Positions 33,884 through 44,039 of a stretch of 64,000 nucleotides of DNA are shown here, one piece after another. Origin of the DNA: Brevundimonas sp. (GTDB taxonomy: Bacteria > Pseudomonadota > Alphaproteobacteria > Caulobacterales > Caulobacteraceae). The stretch lies in the NCBI RefSeq assembly GCF_036676055.1, contig NZ_JAKFDS010000004.1, forward strand, positions 6,094-70,093, written 5' to 3'. A model generated the notes under the pieces. It searched no databases, was not told the DNA's origin, and worked only from the letters and a program-made list of their open reading frames with translations. How positions within the stretch are numbered: position 1 is the stretch's first letter; each line of letters starts with the position of its first letter. A program made the translations under genes and the position numbers.

Positions 33884-35059
33884 ATGCGCCCGATTACCCC
33901 GCGCCGCGGTCTTTCCATCGCCGTCCTCGCCGCCGCCGCCGTTCTGGCGGGCTGCGCCTCCGAAAACGCCGCCGCCGAAGCGGAGGCCGCCCGCGTGGCG
34001 GCCGAGATCGCCGCCCGGACCCCGCCCCCCATCGCCCTCAACCAAAGCGTCGCCGACGCCGCGGCCGTCTATGTCGCCTTCACCCGCGACATGGCGGCGG
34101 TGGAAGGCGGCTTCACCGATCCTGATCAGATCCAGGCGATCCTGCGCCGCGGCTCAGCCTACGACCCGGGGCAAATTTCCCGCGGGCTGGTGGCCTATGG
34201 CTCGATCATCGCCCTGCAGTCGCCCGAGTTCGTCGCCGGGGTGCGCGGCCTCGCCGGCGACGCCGCCACGCGCGAGCGGCTGGTGGGCGACATCGTCGCC
34301 GATCCGGCTTTCGCCTCGACGCTCCCGGGCGCCCAGGCCGCCGCCGGCCTGGTCATGGCGACGCTGGCCGCGGATATCAACGCACTCAGCCGCGCCGCGA
34401 ACGCAGTTGAGAACGACGCCTACGCGATCCAGGCCCGGTACGATCCCCGTCGGTCCTGGGGGGTCGCCGAGGTCAGCGATCGGGAGGGCCGGCTGGAAGC
34501 GGCCAAGGCGCGCTCGGCCCAGACCATGCTGCCTTCCGCCGAAGAGGCCTCAAGGCTGTTCGCCGCCGCCCACAGCGGCGGGGGCGCGCTTCCGGTCAGC
34601 GGCGAAGCTCGCAAGCCGCCCTATCCGCCCGCCGTCCAGAACGCTCTTGCCCTCGCGGCGCTGGCCGCTCTCGGCTACGCGGGCGAGAACGCCCGGGCCA
34701 ATACCGACGCTCTGCAGTTCGACCGGGTCAGCCACGGCTGCCTCACCATGTCCAAGCTGAACCTGTTCCAGTGCCTCGCCGCCTCGCGTCCGAACTATGA
34801 GGACATGTTCTGCCTCGGCCGCCACGTCGTCCGCGATCTCGCCACCTGCTCCCGCGGGGTCGCCATGCCGGCGCCGATCGTCACGGTCTCCGATGTCACT
34901 CCGGCCGATCCGGCGCCGCCCCCGGCCGTCACGCCGATCATCATAACGCCCGAAGCGCCGCCGGTCGTGACGCGGCCGCCCACGCCCACCCCTCCGCGGC
35001 CGGCGCCCTCGATAACGGAAAGATTGAACACCGGGCCGGACCGCGCCCCCGCTCAATAG
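33884..35059 (+). CDS. Lipoprotein of unknown function, paralog A (4 conserved Cys, Pro-rich tail)
   Basis: It has a lipobox (AAVLAGC) and is about 50% identical by eye to the next gene. Both share the motif C..MSKL.LFQCLAASRP.YED.FC.GRHV.RDLATC. Confidence 0.65.
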   Translation: MRPITPRRGLSIAVLAAAAVLAGCASENAAAEAEAARVAAEIAARTPPPIALNQSVADAAAVYVAFTRDMAAVEGGFTDPDQIQAILRRGSAYDPGQISRGLVAYGSIIALQSPEFVAGVRGLAGDAATRERLVGDIVADPAFASTLPGAQAAAGLVMATLAADINALSRAANAVENDAYAIQARYDPRRSWGVAEVSDREGRLEAAKARSAQTMLPSAEEASRLFAAAHSGGGALPVSGEARKPPYPPAVQNALALAALAALGYAGENARANTDALQFDRVSHGCLTMSKLNLFQCLAASRPNYEDMFCLGRHVVRDLATCSRGVAMPAPIVTVSDVTPADPAPPPAVTPIIITPEAPPVVTRPPTPTPPRPAPSITERLNTGPDRAPAQ

Positions 35060-35190
35060 TCGCCCCCACGCCGCCGCGCCCGATCGGTCCGGCGCGCATT
35101 AACGCTCGTGGAACCGTTTGGGTCGCGTTATAAGCTGGTCTGAGGTTCCGGCGCCTGCGGAAGGCGCCGGGCGTCACGTGGGGATTTCGT

Positions 35191-36273
35191 ATGCTTGAGG
35201 CTCGTTTTCGACGCGGATTGTCGCTGGCCGCTATCGCCGCGATGTCCGTTCTCGCCGCTTGCGCCACGCCCGAGCCCGAGCCTGAGCCCGCGCCGCCCCC
35301 GCCGCCGCCGCCGGCCGTCAGCCTGAACGAAGGCGTGGCGCAGGCCGCGGCCATCTACGTGGCGTTCATGCGCGACGCCGGCTCGATTGAAGCGGGCTTC
35401 GAGAGCGCGGAATCGATCCAGGCGGCGATCCGCAAGGGGGCCTCCTACGAACCCGCCCAGCTGTCGCGCGGCATGATCGCCTACGGCTCGATCCTCGCGC
35501 TTCAGTCGCCCGAATTCGTGCAGGGCGTCCGCACCTATGCTGTGGATCCGGCCATCCGGCAGGAAATGGTCGCCCGCATCATCGCGGATCCGGCGTATGC
35601 CGCCACTCTGCCCGGCGCCGACGCCGCGGCGGGCCTGATCGTCGAGGCCATCGGACGCGATTCTGCCGTCATGCTGGCGATCGCGGACGCCGTCGAGGAA
35701 GACGCCTACACGATCCAGGGCCGCTCCGACCCGCGGCGCCGCTGGGCCGTCGTGAACATCACTGACCGCGACACCCGCCTGCAGGGCGCCAAGGCGCTTT
35801 CCGCCGTCCAGATGCTGCCGTCGGCCGAGGAGTCGGCGCGGCTATTCGCGGCGGCGAATACAGGCTCCGGTCTGGAGGTGACGCCGGCCCGCTCGGGTCC
35901 GCCCTATACGCCTGCGGTCGTGCGTTCGCTGGCCTTGGCCGCGCTGGCGGCGCTGGGGGCCGGCGGCGAGGACGCCCGCGCCAACACCGAGGCCCTGACC
36001 GTCGAGCAGAACAGCGAATTCTGCCTGAACATGTCCAAGTTGATGCTGTTCCAGTGCCTCGCCGCATCTCGCCCCAGCTATGAGGACATCTTCTGCGTCG
36101 GCCGCCACGTGGCGCGCGACCTCGCAACCTGTACGGCCCAGAACATCAAGGCCGCGCCGCTCCCGGCCCCCTCGACCGAGGTGGCCGGCTCGGAGCCGGT
36201 TCAGACGCCGGTGGCGGCCGGAGCCGTGGCGGCCTCAGTGTCCGCAACCACGGCGCTGAACAGCGACGGCTGA
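35191..36273 (+). CDS. Lipoprotein of unknown function, paralog B
   Basis: It has a lipobox (SVLAAC) and is collinear with paralog A along its whole length. Confidence 0.65.
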   Translation: MLEARFRRGLSLAAIAAMSVLAACATPEPEPEPAPPPPPPPAVSLNEGVAQAAAIYVAFMRDAGSIEAGFESAESIQAAIRKGASYEPAQLSRGMIAYGSILALQSPEFVQGVRTYAVDPAIRQEMVARIIADPAYAATLPGADAAAGLIVEAIGRDSAVMLAIADAVEEDAYTIQGRSDPRRRWAVVNITDRDTRLQGAKALSAVQMLPSAEESARLFAAANTGSGLEVTPARSGPPYTPAVVRSLALAALAALGAGGEDARANTEALTVEQNSEFCLNMSKLMLFQCLAASRPSYEDIFCVGRHVARDLATCTAQNIKAAPLPAPSTEVAGSEPVQTPVAAGAVAASVSATTALNSDG

Positions 36274-36414
36274 CCCGCGGCGCAATCCGCGCGCCAGACG
36301 GTTGCGTCGCCGGGCGTGTGCGTGTAATAGCCCGCGCTCTTGAATTCGAGGGTTTGAACCCCGCCGCGCGGGCGATTACGCAGCGCGGCGTTTCTGTTTG
36401 TTGAGGCGAGCCAG

Positions 36415-37104
36415 ATGGCCGAGATCATTCTGAACGTTGATGTCCGTGACGGCGTCGGCACCGGCGGCGCCCGCGCCGCGCGTCGTGCGGGCATGGTCCC
36501 GGGCGTGCTGTACGGCGGCGACAAGGCCCCCGTGGCCATCTCGGTGAACGAGCGTGACTTCCGCAAGTCGCTCTACACCGGCAAGCTGCTGGGCCACCTG
36601 GTCACGCTGAAGTACGGCGACGAGACCCAACCGGTCATCGCCCGCGACGTGCAGTTCGACCCCGTGTCGGACCGTCCGCTGCACTTCGACCTGATGCGGG
36701 TCGACGAAAAGCAGACCATCAAGATCGACATTCCGGTTCACTTCATCAACCAGGACCAGTGCGAAGCCTTCCGTCAGGGCGGTTCGCTGGAGGTCGTGCG
36801 TCACTCGGTCGAGGTGAAGGTCCGCGCGGATCACATCCCGGAAGACCTGATCGTCGATCTGGCCGGCCACAAGCTGGGCGACACCATCCGCTGGACCGAC
36901 CTGAAGGGCACGAAGGACGTCGAGCCGACCATCACCGACCGTGACTTCGTGATCGCCTCGATCAAGACGTCTTCGGCCGCCATCTCGGCCGCCGCCGACG
37001 AGGCCCACGACGCCGAAGTCGCCGCCGAAGCCGCCGAGGTCGAAGCGACCGAACAGGGCGCCGCCGAAGAGGCCGCGGCCGCGGAAGACACCGCCGAGGG
37101 CTGA
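36415..37104 (+). CDS. rplY: 50S ribosomal protein L25 / general stress protein Ctc
   Basis: The N-terminus is L25-like (GTGGARAARRAGMVPGVLYGG) and the C-terminal tail is acidic and Ala-rich. Confidence 0.9.
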   Translation: MAEIILNVDVRDGVGTGGARAARRAGMVPGVLYGGDKAPVAISVNERDFRKSLYTGKLLGHLVTLKYGDETQPVIARDVQFDPVSDRPLHFDLMRVDEKQTIKIDIPVHFINQDQCEAFRQGGSLEVVRHSVEVKVRADHIPEDLIVDLAGHKLGDTIRWTDLKGTKDVEPTITDRDFVIASIKTSSAAISAAADEAHDAEVAAEAAEVEATEQGAAEEAAAAEDTAEG

Positions 37105-37131
37105 TCCCCTCGCGACAAGCTGCTACTGGAA

Positions 37132-37170
37132 CGGCCCCATCCGGCGACGGACGGGGCCGTTTCCTTTTCC
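37132..37170 (+). terminator. Intrinsic terminator between rplY and pth
   Basis: The stem CGGCCCCATCC / GGACGGGGCCG has one mismatch and is followed by TTTCCTTTTCC. Confidence 0.6.
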
Positions 37171-37180
37171 GGAACCCGCC

Positions 37181-37801
37181 ATGATCATCATCGCCGGCCT
37201 GGGCAATCCGGGTCCGAAATACCAGGGCAACCGCCACAACATCGGCTTCATGGCCGCAGACGAAATCGCGCGGCGCTGGTCGTTCGGTCCCGAGCGCGCC
37301 AAATTTCAGTCGGTGATCCGCGAGGGCGAGATTCCCACCGCCGCCGGGCCCGTGCGCGTCCTGCTGATGAAGCCCCAGACGTTCATGAATGAGAGCGGCC
37401 GGGCGGTCGGAGAGGCGGCGCGCTTTTACAAGGTCGCCCCGTCGGAGGTCATCGTTTTCCATGACGAGATCGACCTGGCTCCGGGTCGGTTCCGTATGAA
37501 GACGGGCGGCGGCGCGGCCGGCCAGAACGGCGTGCGTTCGCTGATCAGCCAACTGGGCCCCGACTTCCGCCGCGCGCGCATGGGCGTCGGCCACCCGGGC
37601 GAGCCGCAACTGGTGCACGGCCATGTCCTCAGCGATTTCCACAAGGCCGACCGTGCCTGGCTTGATCCGATGCTGGATGCGGTGGCGGCCGCCCTGCCCT
37701 TCGCCCTAGCGGGCGATGACGACCGTTATCAGGCCGAGGTCATGCGTCTGGCCCCGGCTCCCAAATACAGTCCCCGGCAAGCGGCGCGCGGCGAAAGCTG
37801 A
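37181..37801 (+). CDS. pth: Peptidyl-tRNA hydrolase
   Basis: The sequence contains GLGNPGPKYQGNRHNIGF and QTFMNESG. Confidence 0.95.
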   Translation: MIIIAGLGNPGPKYQGNRHNIGFMAADEIARRWSFGPERAKFQSVIREGEIPTAAGPVRVLLMKPQTFMNESGRAVGEAARFYKVAPSEVIVFHDEIDLAPGRFRMKTGGGAAGQNGVRSLISQLGPDFRRARMGVGHPGEPQLVHGHVLSDFHKADRAWLDPMLDAVAAALPFALAGDDDRYQAEVMRLAPAPKYSPRQAARGES

Positions 37802-37876
37802 ACCGTGACAGCAGGCCGCCTTGCCGGGCAGCGTGGCGGGCGATAGACCGCCGCGATCTCTCAGAAAGCTCCCCGC

Positions 37877-38353
37877 ATGTCCCGCGCTCTCCTCCCCTTC
37901 CTCCTGCTCGCTTCCGCCGGACTTGCGGCCTGTACGCCCGGGGAAAAGGCGGCGCCGGGCGCCGCCGCCGTTCAGGTCTCCGCGGCCCTGTGCCGTCCGA
38001 CCCCTGTCGGGCGCCAGACGACCGGCTGCTACCTGACTCTCACCGCCGCTGCGGATGACCGGCTCGTCGCCGTCTCCAGCCCGGTCGCCGGCCGCGCCCA
38101 GATCCACGAGAGCCGGATGGAGAGCAATATGATGATGATGCGCGAGCTCAAGGACGGGCTCACCCTCCCCGCCGGCCAAGCCGTCGAACTTAAGCCCGGC
38201 GGCAACCACATCATGCTGCTGGCGGTCGAGGAGCCGCTGAGGGCCGGGGACACGGTCGCCCTTACCCTGACCTTCGCCTCAGCTCCGCCGCTCGAGATCA
38301 CGGCCGAAGTCGGCCAGCCCACGCTCACCGACTCCGGCCACGCCGAGCACTGA
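37877..38353 (+). CDS. Copper chaperone PCu(A)C (DUF461)
   Basis: It has a lipobox-like signal (LLLASAGLAAC) and an H(M)x10Mx21HxM-type region (IHESRMESNMMMMRELK...GGNHIMLL). Confidence 0.8.
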   Translation: MSRALLPFLLLASAGLAACTPGEKAAPGAAAVQVSAALCRPTPVGRQTTGCYLTLTAAADDRLVAVSSPVAGRAQIHESRMESNMMMMRELKDGLTLPAGQAVELKPGGNHIMLLAVEEPLRAGDTVALTLTFASAPPLEITAEVGQPTLTDSGHAEH

Positions 38354-38424
38354 CGCGCCGCCTGCCTGACAAATCGGCCGCGACCCGTTAAAGGCTCGCG
38401 CTCACCTAGGAAAATCCCGCCCCC

Positions 38425-39522
38425 ATGGCCCTGAAAGTCGCGATCGTCGGCCTGCCCAACGTCGGCAAGTCCACCCTGTTCAACGCCCTCACGAAGACGG
38501 CGGCGGCCCAGGCGGCCAACTATCCCTTCTGCACCATCGAGCCGAACACCGGCGATGTCGCGGTGCCCGAACCGCGGCTGGAGCAACTGGCCGCCATCGC
38601 CGGCTCGAAGGAGATCATTCCCTCGCGCATCACCTTCGTCGACATCGCCGGCCTGGTGCGCGGTGCGTCCAAGGGCGAGGGGCTCGGAAACCAGTTCCTG
38701 GCCAATATCCGCGACTGCGACGCCGTGGCCTTCGTCGCCCGCTGTTTCGTCGACGACGACATCACCCACGTCGAGAACCGCATCGATCCGGTCTCTGACC
38801 TCGAGATCATCGAGACCGAGCTGATGCTTGCCGACCTCGAAAGCCTCGAGAAGCGGGTCGTCAACGTCGAGAAGAAGGCCAAGGGCGGCGACAAGGAGGC
38901 ACAGCAGACCCTGCGCCTGATCAATATGGCCCTGACGCCGCTGCGCGCCGGTAAGCCGGCTCGCGTGGTCCAGGTCGACAAGGAGGACGAGAAGGCGTGG
39001 CACATGCTGCAGCTGCTGACCTCCCTGCCGGCGCTCTATGTCGCCAACGTCGACGAAGGGTCGGCCGACAAGGGCAACGAGCTGTCGGACCTGGTGGCGA
39101 AGCGCGCGGCCGCCGACAACGCCAAGGCGGTGGTCATCTCGGCCAAGATCGACTCCGAACTGGCCGTGCTCGATCCGGCGGAACAGGCGGAGTTCCTTGA
39201 AAGCATGGGGCTGGAGGAGCCGGGCCTGAACCGCCTGATCCGCGAAGCCTACGCGCTGCTGGGCCTGCAGACCTATTTCACGGTTGGCCCCAAGGAAGCA
39301 CGCGCCTGGACGATTCCGATCGGGGCCACGGCGCCGCAGGCGGCGGGCGTGATCCATACCGATTTCGAGAAGGGCTTCATCCGCGCTGAAACCATCGCCT
39401 TCCCCGACTTCGTCGCCCTGAAGGGCGAGCAGGGAGCGAAGGAAGCCGGCAAGATGCGGGCCGAGGGCAAGGGCTATGTCGTCAAGGACGGCGACGTGAT
39501 GCACTTCCTGTTCAACGGCTGA
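38425..39522 (+). CDS. ychF: Redox-regulated ATPase YchF
   Basis: The sequence contains GLPNVGKSTLFNALT and ends in a C-terminal TGS/YchF domain (VVKDGDVMHFLFN). Confidence 0.95.
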   Translation: MALKVAIVGLPNVGKSTLFNALTKTAAAQAANYPFCTIEPNTGDVAVPEPRLEQLAAIAGSKEIIPSRITFVDIAGLVRGASKGEGLGNQFLANIRDCDAVAFVARCFVDDDITHVENRIDPVSDLEIIETELMLADLESLEKRVVNVEKKAKGGDKEAQQTLRLINMALTPLRAGKPARVVQVDKEDEKAWHMLQLLTSLPALYVANVDEGSADKGNELSDLVAKRAAADNAKAVVISAKIDSELAVLDPAEQAEFLESMGLEEPGLNRLIREAYALLGLQTYFTVGPKEARAWTIPIGATAPQAAGVIHTDFEKGFIRAETIAFPDFVALKGEQGAKEAGKMRAEGKGYVVKDGDVMHFLFNG

Positions 39523-39524
39523 GC

Positions 39525-40004
39525 CTAGCCGGCCGGCGTATCCTCAAGCGTCGTGCATTTCGTCAGGGCGACGACCGCGTTGTCGCGGTTCAGCCACGTG
39601 AGCCGCAGGGTCTGGCCGGAGACCGCCATCCTCACGCGCTCATTCGTGACCGCCCCTTCCGCGGTGCAGGTCAGGGCGGCCTCGTAGCCATCCGCGACTT
39701 GGTCGACCGCGGCGATGGCGCAGCTGTTCTCATAACCCTCGAAACGGGTCGTGGTGATCTCGATAGGCCGCTCAGGCCCGGTGACATTCGGGCACCAGGA
39801 GACGTCGGCGGCCCAGCGACCGACAAAACTGCGGGGCCCCGACCCCGGCAGGACCGAGCCCGTGCCGGGAGGCGGCGGGCCCGGGGGCGCTTCGGCCTCG
39901 GGCGTGTCGATCGGCTCGGCCGGTTCGGTGGGCGGGTTCGGCTCGCCCGGACCGCAGGCGGCGAGAGCGAGGGCGGCGAAAAGACTGAGGGTTGCACGGG
40001 TCAT
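39525..40004 (-). CDS. Lipoprotein of unknown function
   Basis: It has a lipobox (ALALAAC), a Pro-rich linker and a 4-Cys globular domain. Confidence 0.55.
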   Translation of the reverse strand: MTRATLSLFAALALAACGPGEPNPPTEPAEPIDTPEAEAPPGPPPPGTGSVLPGSGPRSFVGRWAADVSWCPNVTGPERPIEITTTRFEGYENSCAIAAVDQVADGYEAALTCTAEGAVTNERVRMAVSGQTLRLTWLNRDNAVVALTKCTTLEDTPAG

Positions 40005-40135
40005 GGCGTCTCAACGCAAACGCGCCCAACCGGCTCCGAATCACTCGCCCCGATCACGAATTCGCGGTCACGCTTGCATCCTCTGCCAGTATTTGCGACC
40101 GGTTCCGCAGTGTCGAGAACAAGGGGGTGTCCCGA

Positions 40136-40399
40136 ATGACTCAGAACACCAATCCGTGGGCAGCGCAGATCGATCCCCTGGCCCAGGACATCGCCGCGGT
40201 CCTCAAGCGAATGGGCGGATCCGCCCATCAGAAGGACGTGGTCCAGTGCGTCGCGGCGATGAAGCGACAGCGCGGCGAGACCGTCGCCCAGGATCTGGCC
40301 AACCGCATCGTTGAGGTGTTCGAGCGTTATCGCGACCTGTTTTTCAAGCCGTTCGGCGAAGGCTCGATGCGCTGGGCGTTGCAGCCCGGCGTGGCCTGA
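40136..40399 (+). CDS. Small hypothetical protein (87 aa)
   Basis: The ATG at 40136 gives a codon-biased ORF that is followed by a perfect palindromic terminator. Confidence 0.4.
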   Translation: MTQNTNPWAAQIDPLAQDIAAVLKRMGGSAHQKDVVQCVAAMKRQRGETVAQDLANRIVEVFERYRDLFFKPFGEGSMRWALQPGVA

Positions 40400-40420
40400 C
40401 CCACCCGCCATCAACGGAAA

Positions 40421-40444
40421 GGCCCGCGGCGATCGCCGCGGGCC
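40421..40444. terminator. Bidirectional terminator (24-nt perfect palindrome)
   Basis: GGCCCGCGGCGATCGCCGCGGGCC lies between convergent genes and has T-rich flanks on both strands. Confidence 0.6.
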
Positions 40445-40460
40445 TTCGTCGTTTCTGGTC

Positions 40461-40991
40461 CTAGAAGCGGCGAACGAAGCTGAGACCATAGGTGTCGATC
40501 TCGCCGCCGGCGTCGTCAGTGAAGTCCCGGCGGGTCCAGTCGGCGCGGACGCCGTTCTGGCCGTCGAAGAAGTAGTTGGCGCCAGCTCCGTAGTTGATGC
40601 TCTCACCATCTTCGGTGGCGGTGACCCCGGCCACATCGGCCTTGAGCGAGGTCGTGCCGTAGCCGACGCGGCCGAACAGTTCGAGGTTCGGGTTCACGGG
40701 CACAGAGCCGACCGCATAGACGGCGGCGTCGTACTCGTGCTCGATCGTGCCGTCGACGCCGGCGATGGTCACATCCTCGTCCTTGACGCCGAACGAGCCT
40801 TCCGCCTCGACGCCGATGTAGCGCGAGACCTTGGCGCCGACGCGTCCGGTGATGGCCCCGAGGCTCTCGTCGCCGCTGTCGAGATGGGTGTAGCCGACCG
40901 AGCCGGTCCATTGCGGATCCGAGAAGCTCTGGGCCATGGCCGGTCCAGCCAGGAGAGTAAGAGCGGCAGTCGCGAGAAGAACGTTACGCAT
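40461..40991 (-). CDS. Outer-membrane beta-barrel protein (small OMP/porin family)
   Basis: It has a signal peptide (LLAGPAMA/Q), alternating beta-strand patterning and a C-terminal aromatic residue (...SFVRRF). Confidence 0.75.
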   Translation of the reverse strand: MRNVLLATAALTLLAGPAMAQSFSDPQWTGSVGYTHLDSGDESLGAITGRVGAKVSRYIGVEAEGSFGVKDEDVTIAGVDGTIEHEYDAAVYAVGSVPVNPNLELFGRVGYGTTSLKADVAGVTATEDGESINYGAGANYFFDGQNGVRADWTRRDFTDDAGGEIDTYGLSFVRRF

Positions 40992-41177
40992 TGTTTCTGT
41001 ATCCTCTAGATGTGGTCACTTCTGCGGTGACCAGCCCCATCCAGCAGGGTACAAATGGGTCGACGTTTGGGGCGTTCCAGAGGCCGGAAACAACTTGAAG
41101 CCAACTGTGCATCGCATGGCACAGACGGCGATATCCCAACCGTGACCTTCTCGTGACTTTATATCGACGTTCGGTTT

Positions 41178-43868
41178 CTAGCGGTCCTTTTCCCGTTCTG
41201 TCCCGGCGCGGGCGTTCAGCGCAGCCTGGGCGGCGGCGAGGCGGGCGATCGGCACCCGGTAGGGCGAGCAGCTGACGTAGCTGAGGCCGACCCGCTCGCA
41301 GAAGTCGATCGACGACGGGTCGCCGCCGTGCTCGCCGCAGATGCCCATCTTGATGTCCGGGCGGACCGCCCCGCCCCGCTCGGCGGCGATGCGGATCAGG
41401 TCGCCGACGCCGTCCTGGTCAAGGCGGACGAAAGGATCGGTCTCGAAGATGCCCTCGTCCATATAGGCTTGCAGGAAACGGCCGGAGTCATCGCGGCTGA
41501 TGCCGAAGGTGGTCTGGGTCAGGTCATTGGTGCCGAAAGAGAAGAACTCGGCGTACTCAGCCAGGTCGCCGGCGCGCAGGGCCGCGCGCGGCAGTTCGAT
41601 CATGGTGCCGACCAGATAGGCGATAGACTGGCCGGTCTCGGCAAAGACCTCGCGGGCGACCCGGTCGGTCAGTTCGCGCAGGTATTTCATCTCAAGGCCG
41701 AGGGCGACCAGCGGGTGCATGATCTCGGGCAGCGGAGCCGCGCCTGACGTGGCCTGAACCTCCAGCGCCGCCTCGAGGATGGCGCGGACCTGCATCTCGT
41801 AGATCTCGGGATAGGCGACGCCGAGGCGGCAGCCGCGGTGGCCCAGCATGGGGTTGGTCTCGTGCAGCTCCTTGGCCCGGCGCTTCAGCTTGGCGGCGTC
41901 GAGGCCCTGGGTTTCGGCCAGGGCCTCAATCTCGGCGTCGGTGTGGGGGATGAACTCGTGCAGCGGCGGATCGAGCAGGCGCACGGTCACCGGCAGACCG
42001 GCCATGATCTGGAACAGTTCGACGAAGTCCGACTTCTGGAACGGCGCGATCTTCGCCAGGGCGGCGCGACGACCGCCCTCGTCGTCGGCGAGGATCATCT
42101 CGCGCACGGCGGCGATGCGGGCGTCATCGAAGAACATATGCTCGGTGCGGCACAGGCCGATGCCTTCGGCCCCGAAGCCGCGCGCGGTTTTGGCGTCGAG
42201 CGGCGTCTCGGCGTTGGCGCGGACCCGCAGGCGGCGGACCTTGTCGGCCCAGGCCATCAGGGTCTGGAAGTCGCCGGTCAGCTCGGGCTCGATCATCCCG
42301 ACCGCACCGTCCAGCACCTCGCCCTTCGAGCCGTCGATGGTGATGATCTCGCCGGCCTTGAAGACGCGACCGCGGGCGGTGAAGGTCCCGGCCTTCTCGT
42401 CGATGTGGATCTCGCCGGCGCCCGAGACGCAGGGACGGCCCATGCCGCGGGCGACCACCGCCGCGTGGCTGGTCATGCCGCCACGGGCGGTGACGATGCC
42501 GCGCGCGGCGTGCATGCCGTGGATGTCCTCGGGGCTGGTCTCCTCGCGCACCAGGATGACGGCGTCGCCGAGCTGGGACAGGCGTTCGGCCTCGTCAGCG
42601 TCGAACACCACCTTGCCAGTGGCCGCGCCCGGAGAGGCGGGAAGACCGGCGGCGACGACCTTGCGCTCGGCCTTCGGGTCGAGCGTCGGGTGCAGCAGTT
42701 GATCCAGCGCCGCCGGTTCGACCCGGCCGATGGCCTCCTCCTGCGAGATCACACCCTCGGCGGCGAGGTCGACGGCGACCTTCAGCGCCGCCTTGGCTGT
42801 GCGCTTGCCGTTGCGGGTCTGCAGCATCCACAGCCGGCCCTGCTCGACCGTGAACTCGATGTCCTGCATGTCGCGGTAGTGGGTTTCGAGTTTGCCGACG
42901 GTCTCGACGAACCGGGCGAAGACCTCGGGCATGGCCTCCTCCATCGAGGGGGCCGTCTCGCCCATCTCCTCGCGGCCCGCCTTCGTCAGCGACTGCGGCG
43001 TCCGAATGCCGGCGACGACGTCCTCGCCCTGGGCGTTGATCAGGAACTCGCCGTAGAGCTTCGCCTCGCCGGTCGAGGGGTTGCGGGTGAAGGCTACGCC
43101 GGTCGCCGAGGTGTCGCCCATGTTGCCGAACACCATCGACTGCACATTGACGGCCGTGCCCCAGCTCTCGGGGATGTCGTGCATGCGGCGATAGAATTTG
43201 GCCCGGTCGTTCATCCAGCTGGCGAAGACGGCCGAGACGGCGCCCCACAGCTGGTCGTTGGGATCCTGCGGGAAGGGTTGACCCAGACGGTCCTCGACCA
43301 CCTGCTTGTATTCGGCGACCACCTTTTCCCAGTCGGAGGCGGACAGGTCGGTATCGATGGTGACGCCCAGCCGGTCCTTGTGGTCGTCCAGCACCTCTTC
43401 AAAGTCGTCGTGGCTGAGGCCCAGCACGACATTCGAGTACATGGTGATGAAGCGGCGGTAGCTGTCGAAGGCGAAACGGCGGTCGCCGCTGAGCGCCGCC
43501 AATCCCTCGACCGTCTCGTCGTTGAGGCCGAGATTGAGGACCGTATCCATCATGCCCGGCATCGAGGCGCGGGCGCCCGACCGGACCGAGACCAGCAGCG
43601 GGTTCTTCGGATCGCCGAAGGTCTTGCCGACGACCTGCTCCACCTTCCGCAGGCCGGCCTCAACCTGCTGAGCGAGGTCTGCCGGATAGCTCTGGCCGTT
43701 GGAATAGTAGTGGACGCAGGCCTCGGTGGTGATCGTGAAGCCCGGCGGAACGGGCAGGCCCAGCGACGACATCTCGGCCAGGTTCGCGCCCTTGCCGCCG
43801 AGAAGGTTCTTCATCGACGCATCGCCGTCAGCGGACCCGCCGCCGAAGCCGTACACCCACTGAGTCAT
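41178..43868 (-). CDS. ppdK: Pyruvate, phosphate dikinase
   Basis: The 896-aa protein has an N-terminus KNLLGGKGANLAEM, a phospho-His region GGMTSHAAVVARG and a C-terminal PEP-utilising domain. Confidence 0.95.
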   Translation of the reverse strand: MTQWVYGFGGGSADGDASMKNLLGGKGANLAEMSSLGLPVPPGFTITTEACVHYYSNGQSYPADLAQQVEAGLRKVEQVVGKTFGDPKNPLLVSVRSGARASMPGMMDTVLNLGLNDETVEGLAALSGDRRFAFDSYRRFITMYSNVVLGLSHDDFEEVLDDHKDRLGVTIDTDLSASDWEKVVAEYKQVVEDRLGQPFPQDPNDQLWGAVSAVFASWMNDRAKFYRRMHDIPESWGTAVNVQSMVFGNMGDTSATGVAFTRNPSTGEAKLYGEFLINAQGEDVVAGIRTPQSLTKAGREEMGETAPSMEEAMPEVFARFVETVGKLETHYRDMQDIEFTVEQGRLWMLQTRNGKRTAKAALKVAVDLAAEGVISQEEAIGRVEPAALDQLLHPTLDPKAERKVVAAGLPASPGAATGKVVFDADEAERLSQLGDAVILVREETSPEDIHGMHAARGIVTARGGMTSHAAVVARGMGRPCVSGAGEIHIDEKAGTFTARGRVFKAGEIITIDGSKGEVLDGAVGMIEPELTGDFQTLMAWADKVRRLRVRANAETPLDAKTARGFGAEGIGLCRTEHMFFDDARIAAVREMILADDEGGRRAALAKIAPFQKSDFVELFQIMAGLPVTVRLLDPPLHEFIPHTDAEIEALAETQGLDAAKLKRRAKELHETNPMLGHRGCRLGVAYPEIYEMQVRAILEAALEVQATSGAAPLPEIMHPLVALGLEMKYLRELTDRVAREVFAETGQSIAYLVGTMIELPRAALRAGDLAEYAEFFSFGTNDLTQTTFGISRDDSGRFLQAYMDEGIFETDPFVRLDQDGVGDLIRIAAERGGAVRPDIKMGICGEHGGDPSSIDFCERVGLSYVSCSPYRVPIARLAAAQAALNARAGTEREKDR

Positions 43869-44039
43869 TTATCAGCCTCTGAGCCGTGATCGAACGCGGG
43901 GACTCGTATCCCTCGCGGTGCATGGCCCCGCTTACCGCGCGAGGGGCGGCAAGGCGAGGCTGAGGGTGTAACAAAACGTGAGCAGCTGTGACGATTCCGG
44001 CTGCGGCCGGGGCGCCCTGTCCGCCCAAAAATAGCAAAG

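Noticed and set aside
38029-39504. A 491-aa ORF antisense to ychF
   Set aside because: It is a typical high-GC antisense open frame. It has an Arg/Gly/Leu/Asp-rich composition and no recognisable motifs, while the opposite strand encodes an unmistakable YchF.
41838-43889. A 683-aa ORF antisense to ppdK
   Set aside because: The same artefact applies: ppdK on the minus strand is unambiguous, and the plus-strand translation is low-complexity.
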